In this document: in pieces, positions 40,439-52,557 of the stretch
Layout of the letters: each line of letters starts with the position of its first letter
Numbering within the stretch: the first letter of the stretch is position 1
NCBI RefSeq assembly: GCF_026210795.1
Contig: NC_089434.1
Location: 1,488,001-1,552,000, forward strand
Direction of reading: 5' to 3'
DNA length: 64,000 nt
Source of the DNA: Rhizophagus irregularis
Taxonomy: Eukaryota
The notes under the pieces: generated by a model
The model's database searches: none
What the model was told of the DNA's origin: nothing
What the model saw: only the letters and a program-made list of their open reading frames with translations
Position numbers and translations under genes: made by a program

Positions 40439-43400
40439 TACTAATATAGTTTAAGTAACAGTTTTTCAAATTGCTGTACAGTATTAAGCTAAACTAATGT
40501 AAATGATATTTGGTAAATGACGTAATGCGTTAGCAATATTGAGCGGAAATTAAATAACATGATCCTATAGGGATGCCCAATAAAAATTATTATGCGTCTC
40601 GAATTTCGTTTTTTTTTTTGGAAAGATTCGCTTTATAATTTCAGCAATTTATTGTCAGCAGTTCATTGAATTTAGTTCCTTTGACTAATATTAAATTTAC
40701 ATATGCAACTTATTTTTTTATTACTAATCAAATATAATAAAATTTTATACTTTAACTCTGAGTCAAATTTCGTTTTGTTGAGTTACAATTTCTTTCTTTG
40801 TAATTTACGTTCTTAAATTTTGATTTCGTAAATAATTATAATATTACCTTCTACTTTTATCTCAATGATGAATAGGTATTATAATAATAAAAAATTTTAA
40901 TTTTCAGTTTTAACTAAAACAAAAAAATTCACTTAAGTCACACCAAAAAAAAATCACGATTTATTACAATTTATTACATAATTTTATATAATTAGGAATT
41001 TTTTTATCCCTTCCGTTTGCAAATAAAACCGATCTTTAATATTTATTGCTTTCTTCTCATTCCCTTATCTACAAATTAGCATCAAAATATTTGTTTTTAA
41101 AATTTAAATATTAATGTTAAAAAGCAGCAATTCTACTCAAGTAATAAGAGTATTTATGTAGAAACTCAAATGAAATAAAATAAAATATTTATCAACAACG
41201 TAATTTTAAATGAGAAATATAAACTTATCAAAGTTTCAAATATTATGTTTATGAACAAAAAAATTAACTCCAAAAATCATACAAGTTAATTATTGGTATT
41301 CAAATTCTTACATTGGTTTATTATGATCGAAATTTATTTTATTAAGGATAGATTAAATCACTTTAATTAGTCAAATTGATTTTAAAAAGACAAAGAACGA
41401 GACCAAGAACTAGAAAATGCTGAATTAACTACGGTTTGGTCGGATTTTACTGACCACCGATATTTCTATATATTGAAATCAGTATTAATAGCATTAATTC
41501 CTATTGGACACCGTAGTATTCTTAATTGTCAGTTATTGTATAGAGATATCGATATCTCTATTCCTCCGTCCAATCATTTGAAAACATCATATCACAGAAA
41601 ACTGTTTTTCAGTAAATATTTTAATATTTTTCTACCATTAATTTACCTATAATGGTTAATTTCAGTTACAGTATATAGTATAATATTGAATTTTTTTTTA
41701 ACAGATATTTTACAAATAATTAACTCTCAATTGTAATTTAGCATAGATAAAAAAATTTTTTAAGTATCTTACCAAGAATAAATATAGATTGAATGATTAA
41801 CTGAGCTTCATAATGACGTATAAAATGAATTTTTATTATTCCTGACCAGATACCGTTTCTTTAAAGGAAAACTCGTTAATATATTAAATATTTAAATATC
41901 TTGTCAATGAAAGAATTATCAATACGCCACAGCTTATCATGACCTATTATAAAAACAATTATCTAAACGGATAAATGTCAACAGAAATATTTTACATTAT
42001 AGTTTGATTTTTTATTTTTATCAATGAATGGATTATAATTTAACTTTTTACATTTAAGTGTTTGACGAAATAAGCTTATTGAATGAAAATCGTAAATCTA
42101 GTTACCACCTGTCAATTCTCAGTTTGATAAATTCTTTCATGTGAGGATTTGCTTTTTGACAAAAATAGGGAATTATGATATTTATAAAATGGTAAAACAT
42201 TTAACCTGGTTCTAGTCGATAGATCAAATGAAACACAACATTGTCTTAACGTACACTTTAATCTTAACTTTGGGTTTCATTGTATTCCTGATAAACTATT
42301 TCAATATAAACCACAAGCTTTATCTATATATTATAATTTTATTATGACATAAAAAGTATATTAATACAGTAATAGTTAAATAAAATCATCCATAGAAAAA
42401 TTTAATTTGTACGTAAGCATAATTATCTTCAGTTGGGAGAATCTCATGATTGCCAATAGCTTTTGGTACTTTATCACGAAAATTTTATTACGTGTATTTT
42501 ATTGGACCGATATAGTATTTTAAGTTTATATCGTATTACTTAGTTATTTAAAAAGGTTTTAAATTCATTTCAAAAAACTCTATTTAGGTTTTTAATAATT
42601 GTATGGGATACTTAATTAAGCTATAATATAGCTTGCGTTAATATAATTAAAAATATCTAAAATAGATAAATAAATTATAATGTGAGAAAATATATCATAT
42701 AAATTTATTAAAAAATATTATTATATAGTGTTTACAATTTTAATCATAATATATTCATTTAAAATTACTTTTTTATTTCACAAATCACATTAAATTAATA
42801 TGAACTTTGAAATTATAAATATAAGAAATATAAGAATGTAACAAAACATAATAATTTTATATCATATGAAAATATAAGTATTTAGATTATAATTAAAGAA
42901 TTTCAAGATACATAATACCTTGCAATTCAAATTTTTTTTAAAATATTAATATTATTTTAATTATTCAAAATCCATCTTAAAATTCATTATTATTAGATAA
43001 AAACAATAACATTTATTAACTAAAGAATCAACAATTTATTAATATATTTTCATTATCATAAGTCTTTCGCTCGTATCACGCACATGCAAAATTTACTTTA
43101 CTATAAATAATAACAGCAAAAATATATATATATTTTTTTCAAAAAAAAAATTGTCTTTAACAAATGTTATCCAAATAAACTAAGTTATAAATATGATAAT
43201 GGAAAATTAATGATGCAGTAACTTTTAACTTTATTAAGTTTATTTAAAATCAAAAAATCAAACTCGAAAATTAATTCCTAATATTCAGCAAAACCAAATA
43301 TTTAATGAAATACGCTTTTTATAGTATTACCGTTACGTAATATTTTAATTTCGTAGAACCATACACTGTAACTAGTAGCGATATACAAAATTTATAGAGA

Positions 43401-45162
43401 TTCATAAAATTTTTATGATTTGATTGATAAATTTACAACTTAAAATATTTGAATTGTTATTACTAAAAAATTTACATATACAACAAGAATGTCTTCATTT
43501 ACAATTCTATACCAAATTAAATCTAATGATTAGATGGTTTATCAATGGTTTAGTATATTATATGTTTGAAACCTGGAAATTTAAGATTTTTTCAATTGTA
43601 GAGTATTAATGCTATTTTTATTATTTATTATTATTGAATATAGATACTCATCAAAAAATGCAATCCAAAACATTAAATATTTTCATAATTTCTGGCTATA
43701 ATAAAATTTTACCTATAAATAAAAAAATATATATTCTTCAAATTCAGAAAGATTTCTTGTTAAGTCATTATTGCCTAAGGTAATCTATAAAATAAAAAAT
43801 ATGATAAAAATATATTAGAAGACTCGAGTACTCTAAGTAAGCTTTGTAGAAAAGACAGATTCAAGCCCCCATGCCTACTATCAACTGACATTAACGATAT
43901 ATTGTGAGTGATCAAACTCGTGCAGAGGTACTGTCACATTGATAATAAGACATGAGACCCACCACACCAAAGGGAAGGGCCCCACATACAGAAGTCTGCG
44001 ACATAGCTTGAGATATTATTATTTTCTCATTTAAGGTAACCAAACTTCTAGAAGAGGAGGATAACCAAAGCACTCTAGGTGCACAAATCCCTTATACATC
44101 CCAGCTTAGTCATTTCCACTTACCAAAATAATAAAAACCCCAAGATATTTATCATGTTTAAATAGAAATCTTCTAAAGTCTTTTACAATAACAAAAGTCT
44201 TATATGTATTTAATAAATAAAAATATAAGTTTGAGAAGTTATACTATAATAGATATTATATTAAAGAAATATAGCAAATATTGTATTAAAAGAAGACAAA
44301 AGTAAATTAAAAGGGAAAAAATTTTGAAAGTTAAAAAGTCTAATGAGAAAAAAAGTGACTTTATAAATAATTTTTCATGGGAAAATCATTAAAATCAGTC
44401 AAATCAGTCATTGTGATTAGTATGATGTAAGATTGTTTACGCGTTATACTGTGCACTAGGGAATTACGCGTATTGATCACGTTGGTTAATATTAATTAAG
44501 TACTTACTCTCACTCTTAAAGTTGAACTTAATCATAAAAATGAAAATTAAAGGTAATAGATGAACTCAACTTCAAAATAGAGTAAATATACATTTGTAAC
44601 TTTTTTTTTTCAATAACACATAATAAATTTCTTTATCAAGCATTTTTTGTTAACGGGTTGTCATAATTCTAATAATAACGAAAAATATTTTCACTTAATA
44701 TATTAATTGAATGAAAAACTTACCTTTTTTGTAATCTCTCGAGTTGTCAAAATTTCTTATGTGCGATTAGCTTTATATATAATGCTGGTTTTATTATTAG
44801 AATACAGTTAGTAACTTTGTCCAAAAAAATCTTATATCTAAGAGTTAGAGTATCAATTCTTTAATGTTATGAGATATAATTTACATTATTTTGGTAACGT
44901 AATTCCTCAATCCACAGATACCCAATAAATATATTATCCACTAAAATGAAAAAAATTCAAATATCAATAAACGAGAATCAAGAATTTATCAACACTTTGC
45001 AAAATGAGACGATGTTGTATACATTAATCTCGTAATTTTTCGCACGTGGTTATCTATCAATTTTATTAATCACGGTCGGTCTCTTATTAATAACTGGAAA
45101 ACCAATTCAATAATCATTTTTTAAAATTTTATACTTAAGATGTTTAAAAGTTTTTTTATTAT

Positions 45163-45312
45163 ATATTATTGTATAGGGGAGGAGCAATATCACTTATTTT
45201 AGTATAGGTCAATGTATGATTGGTTTTAATTTTGCCACGTCAGTGGCAAAATTAGTAACCAATCATACATTGACCTATAAAATAAGTGATTTTGCCCCCT
45301 GTACAATAATAT
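45163..45312. repeat. 150-bp imperfect inverted repeat (hairpin), loop GTCA
   Basis: ATATTATTGTATAGGGG..ATCACTTATTT..TATAGGTCAATGTATGATTGGTT.TAATTTTGCCAC-GTCA-GTGGCAAAATTA..AACCAATCATACATTGACCTATA-AAATAAGTGAT..CCCCTGTACAATAATAT. Confidence 0.95.
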
Positions 45313-47201
45313 TATTATCGTTTGGAACTGACCATAACATTTAAAAGCTTAAAAAAGTTTATTTAAAAGTTTAATTTTTTACTGTTTATATTGAAAAAAT
45401 GATTTACAAATTATGCTTTTTTCTCTTGCTGACTCTTTAGTATTTTTATAATAATGCCACCACAAAAATCTCAAAAGTAATATTTATTTGTATTCATTCA
45501 GTTAATATTTTATTTTATTTTTTTTTTGCATTTTATTAAAGATTTTTTTTTAGAATAAAAAAACTTTCACATATATGGCCCCTACTGAAGAAAAAATAAA
45601 AAGTATGCAAACAGCAGCTCGTGGCAAAGCTACACATAATTCTACAAGTACTTGGACTAATGCACTTGAAACTTTTCGTAAGTATATTGGATTACCTGGA
45701 AAAATAGATGATGTGAATTCTAAAGAAGAGTTAGAGCGTCAACTTGTTTTATTTTTTGTTTCATGTAAGCAGCAAAATGGAGCTGAATATTCAGTACAAT
45801 CAATAAAATCAGCAAGATTTGCTATTGCACGACATATCAACACATATTCTAAAATTCGTCCACAAGAAATTACAAATAAAAATATATATTCTGAATTATA
45901 TAACGCAATTACTGGCAAGATCAAACTTTTAACTGATTAGGGATTAGGTGAAATACATGGTGCAGATGCTTTTACTCAAGATGAGATTAGGAAAATTATT
46001 AATCATCCCACAATGCAACCAGATTTACCAAAAGGACTTATACGACACATATTTTGGCATAATACTTTTGAATTAGCTCTTCGAGGTGGAGAGCATTATA
46101 ATCTAAAGATACAACAATTTAAAAAAAGAAAGGATGGTGGTATTGACGTTACATTTTATAGATCTAAGTGTAATTAGAGATCTTTAAGTGAATCTAATTC
46201 TAAAGCTGAAGTAATTTCAATACCTGCTGATAATGCTGTTATTCAAGATTATGAGCTTTATTTTAGTAAAAGACCACCAATTTGTGAAGATGCATTTTAC
46301 TTGCAACCTTGCAACAATAATGAAGGTAATTATTTATTATGTAGTAAATTATTATTTTTTTTACCTTTCTTTTAATTTCAAATAGTTGAGTTTACAGGTT
46401 ATTGGTTCAAATCTGCTCAAATGAGAGGAAAATCGGTAAAAGGACTTATGAAAGAAATTGCAACATTAACTGAAATCGATTGTGATAAAAGAAAGTTCAC
46501 AAATCATAGTGGACAAAAAACCTTAATTCAAATTTCAAAAAGTGAAGGAATTAGTGATAATGATGTGATGTCTGTGTCACGGCATAAAAATCCTCACTCT
46601 TTGGCTTATTATGAACGTCCCAAGTCTATATTGCAGCAAAATACATTATCGCAAATTAATTCTTTAATTTATAATGGTAAGAAAAGAATTGCACCTGTGG
46701 TTTTAATGTAAAAGTAATATACAATATATTTATTATTTTTCTTTTCATTAGATACATTATTGTCAAATGACAAAAACTGCAAATTCTTTTTCTTCAGCCT
46801 TAGAAATTTTCAATGGTAAGATTTAAATTATGAACTAATAATTCTTATGGTATAAAAAATTTTATTTTTTTTTAGAATCACGGTCACCACTTCAGCAGCT
46901 CAACTCAAATGATTTAAACGAATTAAATGATGATCAACAAAATCAAGAAATTAACGGAAATGATGAGACCATTAAAAAAATTCTCCATGGGAATGTTTTT
47001 CAGAATTGTAATATTACATTTAATGTGAATAAATGATTTTTATACGAATTTTATTATATGTACACTTATAAATAGCTTATTTTAATAATATAAAGTATAA
47101 ATAGTTTATATAAAGTATAAATGGTTTATTATGATATTATAAAGTATAAATAAAATATCTAAAAATATAGTATGTTATGATCATATGTACCTGAACGATA
47201 A
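45166..47201 (+). mobile_element. Crypton-like tyrosine-recombinase element 2 (hairpin module plus TIR-bounded YR module)
   Basis: Hairpin 45163-45312; TIR-L 45314-45340; YR pseudogene; TIR-R 47172-47202. Confidence 0.8.
45454..47036 (+). pseudogene. Crypton/DUF3504-type tyrosine recombinase pseudogene
   Basis: LALRGGEHY, RSKCN*R, NHSGQK, RHKN, AYYER and FQNCNI motifs; in-frame TAG at 45938 and 46175; intron layout equivalent to element 1. Confidence 0.85.
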
Positions 47202-49096
47202 TTGCTTTTATTGCAACTTTTATCTTAAAAGCACTAATTACAAATATAATGATTATTATATAATAAAGTAATTCATTAAGGAAAATAAGAACAGAGTTTC
47301 CAATAGCATATCTAACATTATGAAAATTTAATATGTATTATAAATTTTATAACCAAAAGGATAACATTACTAGCCCTATTCCGCACGTTATCTAACTGTT
47401 TCCTTTATAGCTAAGTTTATCATTTTGTAGCAAAATCGCATAAATTTTTACCAAATATTCTTTAAGATTAAATCTTTTTTATTCAAGTATTTATAATATC
47501 ACTTGAAATTTTTTCCCATAAGACTATAAGGTTAGATTTTATTGTAACAAGTATTAGACGTATTAGACATCAATATTGTACAAATCTAGAAATGTTGAGC
47601 GAAATACTTAAACATCGTCAATTAGCTAAATTTTGGCAGTATTTCTTCATAAATTAGTTTGCGTCCCTTTTTTTTGTCTTATAAATAAAAATATCTCAGA
47701 AGCCTTAAATTATATATGTATATATATATATATACAGTACTTATATCTGCTACTATATTCTTTAAAAAAAATTAAGTAAAAAAGCTTTTATTTATGTTTT
47801 AATGGCGTTAAAACAGCAAAAATTAGTACCGCAAATTTTCCATTTTTTCCATTTTTTTATTTGGAATTTTCCAACTTTTTGATTTTTCAAGCTAAATAAC
47901 TTCGCAAAAATCAAATTTGAAGCTTTAAAATATACTGCATCGCCCTAAATTACATATTCTGAATATAATACAAAGTGTTTATTTTTAGATTATTAAGTTT
48001 AAAATGGGGTTTCAATTAGCGTATTAGCAATTAAATAATAAAACAAATGATGATTGGCAAATTAGTAATCTATAATTAAGATATCCTACCAGATATTACT
48101 GTATCACCCATAAAATGAATTAATTAGTTTTAGTCTAATATAAATTATATAGTTAAATAGGTCAGTTTCGGATTGTAGATCTGACGACATTATATCTGGT
48201 AAAGTTTGATCTTCCCGCCCTTTTTTCTTTTCTTTTTTTGTTCAAGCTATGCTTTATTGTATATTATATTAAACCATCATGAAATGATCGATTTGGAAGA
48301 ATTATAAAAAAAAAGAAATAGTATTGTTTTAAAAAACATACTAATTTGATACTATATATGATAGTAGCAAGATACAGTATAATCAGATTACAAAATATCA
48401 AGGTTCATCAAATATAAGGCATGATTTGAAATACAAATCTTAAGATATCATAAATATAAGATAACTCTTAATTTGTTGTCTAATTAAAAATTTTTTCTAA
48501 TCATACATAATTAAAGTTTTGTCTTAACGAATAATATAATTACAATAATATTTTGTAACCGATAAATTTTCATCTTCATAAATAGTCAATAGATATAAAA
48601 TCTGTAATATTAAATATTATTATTCAAAAATTTTTGTAATTAAATAAATTTAGAGTCAAAATCTCAAAAATTGATATATGGTTTTGGATACAACATATAA
48701 TTCTTTTAAACTTCAGTTAAGTTTCGCAAATAATTAAAAGATTTATGATATCTGCTGAACATGTCAATAGCTAGAAAATCAGTTTCAGCAAATGTGTTCG
48801 GTTACAATGGTATGAGATGAAATAGACAAATGATTCGAATGATCAATTCTCAAGTACCAAATGTGATATTAATTATGGCTTTTTTATTTAAAATCATATG
48901 GTAAGTTATCAACCAATCAAAATGAAATGATTATGAAATTAAGCAAATCCTTTAAATGGTTAAATGACTAAACACTGTAGAAAATAACTAGAAATATCAG
49001 AATAATCATAGATAAAATCAGTATTGTATTGTATAATTGTCTCAAGAATGGGTTTTTTTTTAATATTATACCCGTCATGTGAATCACTAAAAATTT

Positions 49097-49271
49097 CTGA
49101 TTATCAATGGAGAATTATGGAATCAAGAATAATACTTTTTTTTCCCCTGATTATCAATGGAGAATTACGGAATCAAGAATAATTCTTTTTTTTTCCTGAT
49201 TATCAATGGAGAATTACGGAATCAAGAATAATTCTTTTTTTTTTCTGATTATCAATGGAGAATTACGGAAT
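49097..49271. repeat. Tandem repeat, ~49-50 bp x 3.5, just upstream of the F-box gene
   Basis: Units CTGATTATCAATGGAGAATTACGGAATCAAGAATAATTCT(n) start at 49097, 49147, 49196 and 49245. Confidence 0.9.
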
Positions 49272-49336
49272 TATGAATCACAGTATACAGTACATGCCAA
49301 TGCAAATCTCCCTCTCCTCTTCATTCTTCCTCTAAA

Positions 49337-50755
49337 ATGTCTTTACCTATTTTAAATTCAGATATTATTCTTGAGATTATCAAGAATTCAAAAGATAATA
49401 CGGGTAGTTTATTTAACTTTCTTTTTGTAAATAAATATTTCAGTAAAGTAGCTGTATCAGTTCTCTGGGAAAATCCATTTAAATATCGTAATTTATTAAG
49501 TAGGGACAGTCAAAATTATTCGATCATACAAACTTATATTAACTTTTTTAATGAAGAGGAATGTAATGAAATCAACCAAATCTTTAAAAATATTAATGAA
49601 GTCTTTAAATTTAATAATGAACAAGAAAAATCACTTCGTTTTCATTATGGAAAATATTTAAAAGAATTTAATTTTCAAGTTACAAGGAAAGCAATAGATT
49701 CATGGTATAGTATTTTTAAAGAAAAGAATAATATAAAAAATGGTAGTTCACGTTATAATATTGAAGAATGTATCATGAAATCAATTATGAGACAATGTCA
49801 AAAATTAGATTCCTTGAATTGGGGGATATGTTTAGTGAATGAAGGTTTATTAAAAATTATGCAAGATAAAATTAAGGATTTGAAATATTTTACAATAGAT
49901 CATTATTATAGTATTAACTATGAAAAAAGTATTTTTGGTTATTTAAAAAATCACTGTAAAAATATTTCATGTTTAACAATAGATGATTATCATGATATAT
50001 GTGGTGATAAACTTACAGAAGAATTTATTTCTTTTATTGAATTACAAAATGGTCTAAATGAATTCATCCTTGATCATGCGGAAGAAGAATATGAGTATAA
50101 AGATCTTATCACAAGCACATTAGAATTTCAAGCTAATAATTTAACTAAAGTGATATTAAATGGAGTGGATTTTAGCGATATATCATTTGATTATATTGAC
50201 AAGTGTATTAATTTAAAAGTATTAGGATTAAGATATAACAAAGGGTTAATATTTGATGATATGGATTTATATACTTCATTTAAAAATCTTAAAATATTGG
50301 ATTTAAGTTATAATGAATGGTCATCTGAAGTAACTACTTTGATTATTAAGAAAGCAGGAAAGAGTTTAACTTCTTTGACAATTGGAGAAAATAATATTAA
50401 ACAAGCAATTAATGATGATACTTTAATTGCTTTGACAAATTCTTGCCCAAATATTCGTTCATTATCAATTTCCAAAACTTCTAGTGAAAGCATTAAAATG
50501 GTTCTATCATATCTTAAAGATTTGAAATTAGTTACTTTACAATTATTTCAAATTGAAAAAAAAGGTACAGTTATGAAATCTGAAGATCTGTTGAATTACA
50601 TAGAAAATGAAAAATCTCTATTTAAATTGGGATTAGGTAAAAATGACAAGTATTGGGATTATTATAATGAAAGACGTAGAAATTTTGAAAAATTTTTGAA
50701 AAAGCATAATGTTAAGTTGATCGCATATAAACCAAAAAATAACAACGTATTATGA
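49337..50755 (+). CDS. F-box / RNI-like LRR protein, single exon
   Basis: LNSDIILEII..SLFNFLFVNKYFSKVAVSVLWENPF F-box start, followed by LRR-like repeats (LKILDLSYN, CPNIRSLSI). Confidence 0.85.
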   Translation: MSLPILNSDIILEIIKNSKDNTGSLFNFLFVNKYFSKVAVSVLWENPFKYRNLLSRDSQNYSIIQTYINFFNEEECNEINQIFKNINEVFKFNNEQEKSLRFHYGKYLKEFNFQVTRKAIDSWYSIFKEKNNIKNGSSRYNIEECIMKSIMRQCQKLDSLNWGICLVNEGLLKIMQDKIKDLKYFTIDHYYSINYEKSIFGYLKNHCKNISCLTIDDYHDICGDKLTEEFISFIELQNGLNEFILDHAEEEYEYKDLITSTLEFQANNLTKVILNGVDFSDISFDYIDKCINLKVLGLRYNKGLIFDDMDLYTSFKNLKILDLSYNEWSSEVTTLIIKKAGKSLTSLTIGENNIKQAINDDTLIALTNSCPNIRSLSISKTSSESIKMVLSYLKDLKLVTLQLFQIEKKGTVMKSEDLLNYIENEKSLFKLGLGKNDKYWDYYNERRRNFEKFLKKHNVKLIAYKPKNNNVL

Positions 50756-51767
50756 AGTTATGGATTGTTACATTTACTATTTCATATTATATGAGAATAA
50801 TTTGTTAGTCAATGATTTAACTATACAGTACTTTTTAATTGTTGAAATAAATAAAATCTATATTTGAAATAAAGCGTATTACTATTTGTAGTTTGCAATG
50901 TAAGATACAAAGTAAAGAAATAAATTAAGCTATGATATATATAAAATTTAAAAATCTATTAATAGTTTTATTTCATACATGAATAATTACAACATTTTCA
51001 TACAAGTATAATATCAATATTAACTTACCATAATATAAATTTTATTCGTGTTATCAAAGATTTGTTTGTTAATTCCAATGTTTTTACAGAAATTTAACTA
51101 TTAAGTTTGGTAATTTAGTAAAATACAATTTAACGAAATATTAGTTATCCTGTAATTGAAACAGATTTTAATCCAATTAAAAAATTTTGTCAATAAGTCA
51201 ATAAGATAAATTGTAATCCATGCAGATTAATGTATTATCGGTTCTAACTGTAAAATCTTATTTAGGAAATTGAACTATTTAAAGACAACTTTGCAATTTT
51301 CTTTGTTCAAAGTTGAACTTAATGTGTTTGTAATTAAATATATGGTAATCTTAAATTGGAATGGTTATACTATTTTAAGATAATTTTTTGATTTCTAACG
51401 AACAATCTTTTATCCTTTAATTTAAAAATATTATTCAACCATTCTATAATTTAAGATAAAATCTATTGGTAATTCTGTCAATACTTAACTCAATTTTATT
51501 ATTAAAAAACAAGTAAACGTTTAACAGAACAGTGAGTTTCTGACTAATAATCAGAAAAAATGTGTATTTATATACTAATTGCAATCAAAATACATTATTT
51601 TTGAATAAAATCATTTATTAATTCTATTACTAATTAAAAAAATATATGGTATAAAAAAAGATAACAAATAAGTTCATTGATTTTATTTGAATCACATCAG
51701 TGAGTGGTATACTACTCTGTAATATAAATTATATTATAGAGTGCTATACTACTTGCAATAGCTTATA

Positions 51768-51920
51768 ATACCACTCTATAATCTGAGTACCACTTTATAA
51801 TCTGACACTTTATAATCTGAATATCCACTTTATAGTCCGAATACCACTTTATAATCTGAGTACCATTCTATTACCACTCTATAATCTAATTCTGTAATCT
51901 AAATACCACTCTATAATCTA
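51768..51920. repeat. Degenerate ~20-bp tandem repeat (TACCACTYTATAATCTGAR)
   Basis: About 7 visible units. Confidence 0.8.
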
Positions 51921-52557
51921 CCTACATTCTTTCATCGGTTATCGTTTGTATTCTAATTATTTCTTTAGGTCTTTATAACTTGTTTCTTGTTTCTACTTTG
52001 TTTACAAGTCAAATTATATGTTGTGATTGTTAACCTTCTATACCTGTTTGGCTTATATTGAGGGTGTAGACCTCCCGACCTCCCGTGCCTGCTTGGTTGC
52101 CTTTCAAAGTACCAAGATGGTGTAAAAAAAAGGTGTCAGGTGGCACAGTAAATTTGTGCTGGCACTATGCTATAATTCTAGCCAATCTTTTGGGCACATA
52201 ATTGCGCCCATTCATTTGTTAAAACAATCTTTTGAAATAAAGATCAACTATAAAATATCAATCACCTGATTGATAGCTATAAAAATTTCTTTTATTTTAT
52301 ATTCGGAAAATTAAAATTTCCATCAAATTATTTAATAATATTTCTTGTAGTTTTACTAAAAAATTTGTTTTTACTGATAATTGTATATTTAATAATTCAA
52401 ATAAATTTATTATACAATTATTTAAATTACAAACTAAGAAAATTGTAAAAAATTTTACTGCTCTAGTCTTAGTGTTTAAATAATTTAAAATAAATCATAA
52501 ATAATAAATGATAGAAATTTAAAATATAAAAAAATTGTTAATTTATAAAAAGATAAA

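Larger units (their letters stand above)
38407..40583 (+). mobile_element. Crypton-like tyrosine-recombinase element 1 (hairpin module plus TIR-bounded YR module)
   Basis: Hairpin 38407-38551; TIR-L 38557-38585; YR gene; TIR-R 40556-40583. Confidence 0.8.

Noticed and set aside
43800..44400. Possible retroelement remnant (GC-richer patch)
   Set aside because: No ORF, termini or TSD could be identified.
38402..47206. Terminal direct repeats or TSDs flanking the YR elements
   Set aside because: The 5-bp flanks differ (TATAG vs AAATT; ATATA vs TTGCT), so no duplication can be claimed.
49097..49271. CRISPR-like array
   Set aside because: The units are contiguous with no unique spacers, there are no cas genes, and the context is eukaryotic.
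51000..51520. Possible decayed F-box-like gene on the minus strand (LTELPIDFIL)
   Set aside because: Too fragmented to support a call.
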